A DNA stretch of 13,765 nucleotides from contig JAVJWO010000106.1 in the NCBI GenBank assembly GCA_040222015.1, forward strand, positions 1 to 13,765. Reading direction: 5' to 3'. Every line of letters starts with the position of its first letter. Positions within the stretch are counted from its first letter, which is position 1. This DNA comes from Coleofasciculus chthonoplastes F2-STO-03 (GTDB taxonomy: Bacteria; Cyanobacteriota; Cyanobacteriia; Cyanobacteriales; Coleofasciculaceae). A program made the position numbers and the translations under genes. Below the pieces are notes generated by a model, which made no database searches, had not been told where the DNA came from, and was given only the letters and a program-made list of their open reading frames with translations. Positions 8,562-13,765 of the stretch are shown here, in pieces.

Positions 8562-8666
8562 ATAAGCTAAAACACATTTAAATTGTGTATTCTCTGTTGC
8601 CTGTTGCCTGTTACCTGTTGCCTTTCAGGGTTTTAGGTATCCCAATTCAAATGCCGAACAGCTTAT
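8562..8666. repeat. Miniature inverted-repeat element containing a (CTGTTGC)x4 heptamer run
   Basis: Imperfect terminal IRs ATAAGCT-aaaaca-CATTTAAATTG / CAATTCAAATG-ccgaac-AGCTTAT. Internal 7-mer tandem at 8594-8621. Confidence 0.65.
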
Positions 8667-8789
8667 TTACAATTATTGACACAAATGTAAAGTTTTAATT
8701 ACATCTATTGAGCATTATGAAAGGAAAGTAACTAAAAGTATATAAAAAAGATCTGACAACATCTCAATCTGGAGTTTTTTTGAAAAATC

Positions 8790-8805
8790 TGTGACATTAA
8801 TCACA
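8790..8805. promoter_or_regulatory. Consensus CRP (SYCRP1-type) binding site
   Basis: TGTGA-CATTAA-TCACA is a perfect TGTGA-N6-TCACA, about 170 nt upstream of the small acidic ORF. Confidence 0.75.
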
Positions 8806-8977
8806 GCTAAACGCTTAAAAAATCACCATTTTTTCACGAGTTTATCACACTAAATGGTGAGAATAATCACTATTTTTTATGGATTAAATTACAATAATTT
8901 CCCGAAAAATGGGAGATGATTTAGATGTAACTTGGTTGATTAGTTAAATTGAGTTGAGAGCAAACGGGGAACTAACA

Positions 8978-9241
8978 ATGAGAGTATTTACCAATTATAC
9001 AGTCAGCGAAGGAGATATAGAACTTCTGTTAAAAGACACAGATAACAATGAGTACATATCTTTCGAGGAATGGGACGCAGATGTCTTATCCCAAGACTGG
9101 GATGCGGATGCTTTTATCGAGGAATGGGATGCAGATTATCCAGTAAATGATAACAATAGGGACATCTGGTTTAATGACTGGAAGGAGTTTGAAACAAACT
9201 TAGACGACATGCTAATTAACTATCGCGAATGGGAACTATAA
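8978..9241 (+). CDS. Small highly acidic hypothetical protein with an EF-hand-like loop and WDAD repeats (87 aa)
   Basis: ATG 8978 follows GGGGA. DTDNNEYISFEE fits an EF-hand loop. EEWDAD, QDWDAD and EEWDAD recur at a 9-aa period. Confidence 0.7.
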   Translation: MRVFTNYTVSEGDIELLLKDTDNNEYISFEEWDADVLSQDWDADAFIEEWDADYPVNDNNRDIWFNDWKEFETNLDDMLINYREWEL

Positions 9242-9621
9242 GCTATCCCTAAGATTCAACAGCTTTCCATTTATTTTTGTCTCTGACTTAATGAATCAAC
9301 TTGCCCAAGTTATTACGGGCATCATCCTGAACTCAATACCTAAGAAGTAGCAGATTTTTGCCGTTAATTTTTCTCATTTCCGTTAATCTCAATACCCTAA
9401 TATCGTAAAGAAACCTACCTTCATTTTACAGGTTGGGTGAGGGCGGGTTGGGCAAAAATCTTAGTTTTATGTGACACCTTTTATTAAGCGTCTTTCACCC
9501 GCCCCGATAAGCTTCTAAATACTTGTCCTCCATGGAGGATAGCCATGTAGAAACAAGGTTTGGGAATTACCTCGCCATTTTTTAAGCGGATAGGGTTCAA
9601 AAAATCTCCGCTCAACTATGT

Positions 9622-9828
9622 CTAGAGTGGAGTTCCCACCTTATAGGTTTCTCCTTGTACACTTACCAAATCGCCTGCAACTAATTTACGTCCGCGTCGA
9701 GTTTCAATGATGCCATTAACGGTAACATCACCGTCTTGAATCATCAGTTTAGCTTCGCCGCCTGTGGACGCTACACCTACCCACTTGAGGAACTGATCTA
9801 ACTTAATGGTTTGGATGGGGCTGGTCAT
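9622..9828 (-). CDS. S4-domain RNA-binding protein (YaaA/YbcJ family)
   Basis: IKLDQFLKWVG...TGGEAK..IQDG.V.VNG..ETRRGRKL..GD.V. Confidence 0.92.
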   Translation of the reverse strand: MTSPIQTIKLDQFLKWVGVASTGGEAKLMIQDGDVTVNGIIETRRGRKLVAGDLVSVQGETYKVGTPL

Positions 9829-9859
9829 GCCAAAATAGACAAATCACTGATCTGGAGGG

Positions 9860-10306
9860 TTAGGTGGTTGGAGATTTATCGGTTTCCGCCTCAGATTCTG
9901 ATTCAACCTGATCGGATTTGACAAAGTTTAGCGAGGCAGAATTTAGACAGTAACGCTGACCCGTTGGTGCTGGTCCATCATTAAAGACATGACCTAAGTG
10001 AGCGTCACAAGCCGCGCAGAGGATTTCAGTGCGACGCATCCACAGACTATTATCGGCTTCGTATTTGATGTTTTCTTCATCAATCGGCGCCCAAAAACTG
10101 GGCCAACCCGTACCAGAATCATATTTGGTTTTGGAGGTGAACAAGTCATTGCCACAGCAGACACATTTGTAGACTCCCGGCTGCTTGCTGTCGTGATACT
10201 CTCCAGTAAAGGCGCGTTCTGTTCCCTTCTGTCGGGTCACTTTATATTGTTCCGGGGTAAGCTGTTGTATCCACTCCGTGTCACTCTTTTGTACTTTCTG
10301 AATCAT
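9860..10306 (-). CDS. msrB: Peptide-methionine (R)-S-oxide reductase
   Basis: [12 protein letters not shown] and CAAC zinc motifs, [30 protein letters not shown]. Confidence 0.97.
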   Translation of the reverse strand: MIQKVQKSDTEWIQQLTPEQYKVTRQKGTERAFTGEYHDSKQPGVYKCVCCGNDLFTSKTKYDSGTGWPSFWAPIDEENIKYEADNSLWMRRTEILCAACDAHLGHVFNDGPAPTGQRYCLNSASLNFVKSDQVESESEAETDKSPTT

Positions 10307-10398
10307 TGTTTCAGCTTCCTTAACTATGCAAACATCAGGTTAAGCTAGATCTACACCCAACATGATAAGGTGATTCGTTGGCTTAGAGAAAAATTAGC

Positions 10399-10432
10399 GA
10401 GATTTGAGTTCATAACCCACAACTCAAATCTC
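10399..10432 (-). terminator. Terminator-like hairpin between tnpB and msrB
   Basis: 12-bp stem GAGATTTGAGTT/AACTCAAATCTC with a 10-nt loop, followed on the minus strand by GCTAATTTTT. Confidence 0.6.
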
Positions 10433-10437
10433 TACTT

Positions 10438-11592
10438 TTACTGTCCTACAGTACGAAGTGCTTCCTTAAGTATGTTTATCGCAGCGTTCCAGTCACGGTC
10501 TAAAACACATCCACACTTACATTTATGTGTCCTCATCGAGAGTGATTTCTTCACAACACAACCGCAATTGGAGCAATTTTGAGAAGTGTAGTGGGGTTTA
10601 ACCGCGACTGTCGCCACACCAAAAACCTTGCCAAAATACTCAAGCCAGCAACGAAATTCAGACCAAGCCACATCGCTGATTGATTTAGCTAGGTGATGAT
10701 TTTTGACCATATTCCGCACTGGCAAATCTAGCCTTCGGCAAGCCGCTGGCGCGTCTACATAAGCTACCAAGTCGTTAGACCGGACTACGCACAATGCGTT
10801 CTTTACCGCAAAGTCTTTACGCTGCCTACTGACTTTCAAGTGCTTTTTGGCTAATTTTTGTTTAGCCTTTTTGTAGTTATTAGACTGGGGTTGACCTTTC
10901 TTGAACTTCCTATACACTCTCTGATGAAGTTGTTTCAGTTGCTTTTCTGATTTCCTCAAGAATCTCGGATTATCAACTGTTTGACCGTTTGAGTCTGTAT
11001 AGAAGTGATTCAGTCCAACATCTAACCCTACAGTCTTCCCCGTTGGCTCCCTATCTTCAGTTCTGTCATGGTCTATACAAAACTGAGCATAATAGCCATC
11101 AGCACGGCGAACCACCCGAACTCTCTTAATTGACCCAAGTTGGTAGTAGTTTAAGTCACGAGTGCCATAGAGTTTAAACTCTCCAGCTTTAAACCCATCA
11201 GTGAATGTAATGTGGTCACGATTCTCTGATAGCTTACAGCCTGATGTCTTATACTCTACTGAACCATGATTGGAGCGATTCTTCTTGTACTTGGGATAAC
11301 CTTTCTTTCCTTTAATCTGTTTCTTACAGTTATCGAAGAATCGAGAGATAGACGTCCAAGCACGCTCACACATGGCTTGACGGGCTTGTGAGTTAAGCTT
11401 TCTTACCCACAGCAAGTTTTTGTCTTTAGCGAGTACCGCGCAATACTTATATAAGTCATTGCGTGTCTTGCCTTGACCATCTTCCCAATAGCGAAGACAA
11501 GCATTACGCATAAACAGACCAGTACGAATGGCTTCATCGAGCCTTCTTTCCTGATACTCTTTACCTTTTAGCTTACCCTCGTAGACAATCAT
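10438..11592 (-). CDS. tnpB: IS605/IS1341-type TnpB, probably nuclease-dead and 3'-clipped
   Basis: GYPKYKK, RuvC-I GLDVGL, YTSQNCSNCG and CKCGC zinc finger, RuvC-III DRDWNAAINIL. RuvC-II reads AYVDAPAACRRLDL in place of the usual AYEDL. Confidence 0.92.
   Translation of the reverse strand: MIVYEGKLKGKEYQERRLDEAIRTGLFMRNACLRYWEDGQGKTRNDLYKYCAVLAKDKNLLWVRKLNSQARQAMCERAWTSISRFFDNCKKQIKGKKGYPKYKKNRSNHGSVEYKTSGCKLSENRDHITFTDGFKAGEFKLYGTRDLNYYQLGSIKRVRVVRRADGYYAQFCIDHDRTEDREPTGKTVGLDVGLNHFYTDSNGQTVDNPRFLRKSEKQLKQLHQRVYRKFKKGQPQSNNYKKAKQKLAKKHLKVSRQRKDFAVKNALCVVRSNDLVAYVDAPAACRRLDLPVRNMVKNHHLAKSISDVAWSEFRCWLEYFGKVFGVATVAVKPHYTSQNCSNCGCVVKKSLSMRTHKCKCGCVLDRDWNAAINILKEALRTVGQ
10727..10757 (-). repeat. 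27-bp small dispersed repeat inserted in-frame in tnpB, with TAGA direct repeat
   Basis: Minus strand TAGA-CGCGCCAGCGGCTTGCCGAAGGC-TAGA. The two TAGA copies are 27 nt apart and the insert adds 9 aa. Confidence 0.75.
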
Positions 11593-11725
11593 TTTACGCC
11601 GTGCCTTTCATGATAAAATTATAGCACAAGAGACCAACACTTGCCACTAAAGTGGCTGGGCTGGACGCCAAGCTCGGTTTCATCACCCGGTTAAAACGCG
11701 GGGGAGCTTTCACCATCGCTTTTCT

Positions 11726-11926
11726 GTAAGCTGGTGTGCGATCGCTGTAATTCGTCTGAGTCCCTGTGATCGACTCAGCTAGCTGATCAAAGGACTCAGA
11801 ACGCCAGTTGCGATCGTGGATTGGCTTCCTCTGTTCGCCTCGGAAGTAAGCCTGAGTCCCTAATACAGCAACGGCGACCCAACCGACGACAAACAATGAA
11901 ACTAGGATAACCATTGGGCTAATCAT
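11726..11926 (-). pseudogene. psb35: Small single-TM conserved cyanobacterial protein (Psb35-like, name from recall), interrupted after codon 67 by the IS
   Basis: AGGAG RBS. LFVVGWVAVAVLGTQAYFRGEQRKPIHDRNWRSESF...RTPAY, after which the frame reads through the IS left end to 11594. Confidence 0.6.
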
Positions 11927-12094
11927 AATCGTTCTCCTTTGTTGAGCTATTTTGTAAATTTATGTTATTCACAATGTAACGAATCATTACAAAAAGTATC
12001 TGTGACTTGACTCTGATCCAGAAGTGATGATAATCACTATCCCTGACTAAATCCATTTTTTGGGAGTAAGGTGACAGGCTCCCCATTTTTTTGT

Positions 12095-13729
12095 ATGGCT
12101 GTGAATGAACTAACAACAGAAGTCTTAGTTGTCGGTGGTGGTACAGGTGGCACAAGTGCAGCCATCCAAGCCGCACGTCGAGGCGTAAAAACAATTCTAG
12201 TTAGTGAATTTTCCTGGCTAGGAGGAATGCTAACAACAGCCGGTGTCTGTGCGCCTGATGGCAATGAATTAGCCGCGTGGCAAACAGGGTTATGGGGCGC
12301 GTTTTTGCGAGAACTCCAACAGCGACAGCCTGGAGGACTTGATAATGGGTGGGTGAGTTTGTTTACCTACCACCCTAGAATTGGCGCTCAACTCTTGGCG
12401 GATTGGGTGCAAGTATTACCTAACCTCAAGTGGATTTCTGGACAAACGCCGTTAGCGGTATTCAAAGCAGGGGATTGTGTCACGGGGGTGCAATTTGCTG
12501 ATGTTGTAATTCACGCCAAAGTCACCCTAGACGCCACGGAATTGGGAGATGTACTGGAATTAGCCGAAATTCCCTATCGCTGGGGTTGGGAGTTGCGATC
12601 GCGCTTTGGTGAACTGAGTGCGCCTGTTTCTGACAATGACTTGACTCAACGTTATCCAGTTCAAGCACCAACATGGGTCGTCATCCTCAAAGATTTTGGC
12701 ACTGATACCGCACCAGAAATTCCTCCCCCGCCTGAATACAAACCAGAACAGTTTATCAGTACGTGGGAGGGTTATGGGATGGAATCCTTTCTCAATTACG
12801 GACGCTTACCGGGGGGACTGTTTATGCTGAACTGGCCCCAATCTGGCAATGATTATGGTGAGGGGGTGGGGCGCTTAGTGGAATCAGATGCATCCCGACA
12901 GCAGTTTCTCCAAGAAGCCCGCTGTCATACTCAAGGCTTTGCCAATTTTATTCAATCTCAACTGGGACGGCGTTATGGGTTAGCCGATGATATGTTCCCA
13001 GAAGCCTCTATTGGGGGTGGGGCTTACGCCTTACATCCTTACTATCGAGAAAGTCGGCGTCTGGTAGGAATGGTGACGTTAAAAGAACAAGATATTTTAC
13101 CGATACCGGGGGGTCAAGTTGCATCTTTACCCGTCGATGAGTCAGGCGATTTTACCGGAATTGTGGTAGGCAATTATGCCAATGACCATCATTACCCTGG
13201 TTTTACATTCCCCTTAGCCCCAAAATCCATCCGTTGGGGAGGGCGCTGGACAGGAACACCGTTTACGATTCCTTATGGTTGTCTTGTCCCCGTGTCAATG
13301 GATGGTTTGTTGGTGTGTGATAAAAATATTTCGGTCTCTCACATTGCCAATGGTTCGACGCGGTTGCAGCCTGTAGTGATGAATCTGGGTCAAGCCGCAG
13401 GAATGGCGGCGGCGTTGTCTGTGGAACTTGGCTGTCAACCGAGGGAGTTAGCTGTCCGGCGTATTCAAGAGGCGTTGTTGGGCGATACTATTGCCCCGGC
13501 TGCTGTGATGCCCTTATTTAACAAATCCCTTGATGATCCCGATTGGCAGTACTGGCAACGTTATTACTTGGATCATCCAGAAGAGTATCCTAGTTCCGGC
13601 ATGGTTGAGGAGCAGGGGGAGCAGGGGGAGATGGGGAAGATGCGGGAGTATGGGAAGCAGTTGCGGAAATTGCCAGAGGCGGATCATCAGTTGGCGTCGC
13701 AGTTAGTGCGGTTGAGTTGTTGGGATTAA
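12095..13729 (+). CDS. FAD-dependent oxidoreductase
   Basis: VLVVGGGTGG Rossmann motif, LGGMLT, DATELGD, YYRESRR, IPYGCLVP, SHIANGSTRLQP..MNLGQAAG. Start is ATG 12095, or possibly GTG 12101. Confidence 0.9.
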   Translation: MAVNELTTEVLVVGGGTGGTSAAIQAARRGVKTILVSEFSWLGGMLTTAGVCAPDGNELAAWQTGLWGAFLRELQQRQPGGLDNGWVSLFTYHPRIGAQLLADWVQVLPNLKWISGQTPLAVFKAGDCVTGVQFADVVIHAKVTLDATELGDVLELAEIPYRWGWELRSRFGELSAPVSDNDLTQRYPVQAPTWVVILKDFGTDTAPEIPPPPEYKPEQFISTWEGYGMESFLNYGRLPGGLFMLNWPQSGNDYGEGVGRLVESDASRQQFLQEARCHTQGFANFIQSQLGRRYGLADDMFPEASIGGGAYALHPYYRESRRLVGMVTLKEQDILPIPGGQVASLPVDESGDFTGIVVGNYANDHHYPGFTFPLAPKSIRWGGRWTGTPFTIPYGCLVPVSMDGLLVCDKNISVSHIANGSTRLQPVVMNLGQAAGMAAALSVELGCQPRELAVRRIQEALLGDTIAPAAVMPLFNKSLDDPDWQYWQRYYLDHPEEYPSSGMVEEQGEQGEMGKMREYGKQLRKLPEADHQLASQLVRLSCWD

Positions 13730-13765
13730 GCGCCCCCTTTCTCATCGCCCTCCTCTATCGCCTCA

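Larger units (their letters stand above)
10438..11725 (-). mobile_element. tnpB-only IS200/IS605 (IS1341-like) element, right end missing
   Basis: Left junction TTAC|AGAAAAGCG at 11726/11725, then AAAG plus hairpin CCCG-CGTTTTAAC-CGGG, and TGCTATAAT -10 before tnpB. No right-end hairpin or TCAA/TCAC after the gene. Confidence 0.8.
321..12602. repeat. Dispersed HIP1 octamers (GCGATCGC), 10 copies
   Basis: Seen at 321, 385, 895, 941, 2796, 4299, 5721, 6153, 11738 and 12595. None fall inside the IS-derived segments. Confidence 0.85.

Noticed and set aside
2943..8621. Tandem repeats as a CRISPR array
   Set aside because: Contiguous 7-12 nt units with no spacers, and no cas genes in the window.
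8460..10451. Shared 10-mer TGTCCTACAG at the cassette flank and at the tnpB 3' end
   Set aside because: Too short to exclude chance, with no supporting structure.
11976..11990. GTA-ACGAATCAT-TAC as an NtcA site
   Set aside because: Spacer is N9.
13600..13729. Purine-rich 9-nt repeats (GAGCAGGGG) and a possibly atypical C-terminus of the FAD oxidoreductase
   Set aside because: Cannot tell a variable tail from a truncation without an alignment, and the catalytic domain looks complete.

Overview
Cyanobacterial chromosomal window, judged from 10 HIP1 GCGATCGC sites, heptamer tandem repeats, REP-like GTAG/CTAC palindromes, and NtcA, NtcB and CRP boxes. Core genes are an nrtP-narB nitrate assimilation pair with its own NtcA+NtcB promoter, a GH3-family acyl-amido synthetase, an S4/YaaA RNA-binding protein, msrB and an FAD-dependent oxidoreductase. 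There are three IS200/IS605-derived pieces. (1) A right-end remnant at the window start abuts an ATPase gene fragment. (2) A ~650-bp cassette without transposase or TnpB (about 7768-8415) carries an unlisted 48-aa ribbon-helix-helix gene divergent from a boxA-led, omegaRNA-like noncoding RNA with an internal putative guide. (3) A tnpB inserted at TTAC in a psb35-like gene lacks its RuvC-II glutamate (27-bp in-frame insert) and its own right end/omegaRNA. A very acidic EF-hand/WDAD-repeat small protein lies behind a perfect CRP box. The most interesting candidate system is the stand-alone omegaRNA-like/RHH cassette, possibly partnering a nuclease-dead TnpB in trans; that partnership is inference only.
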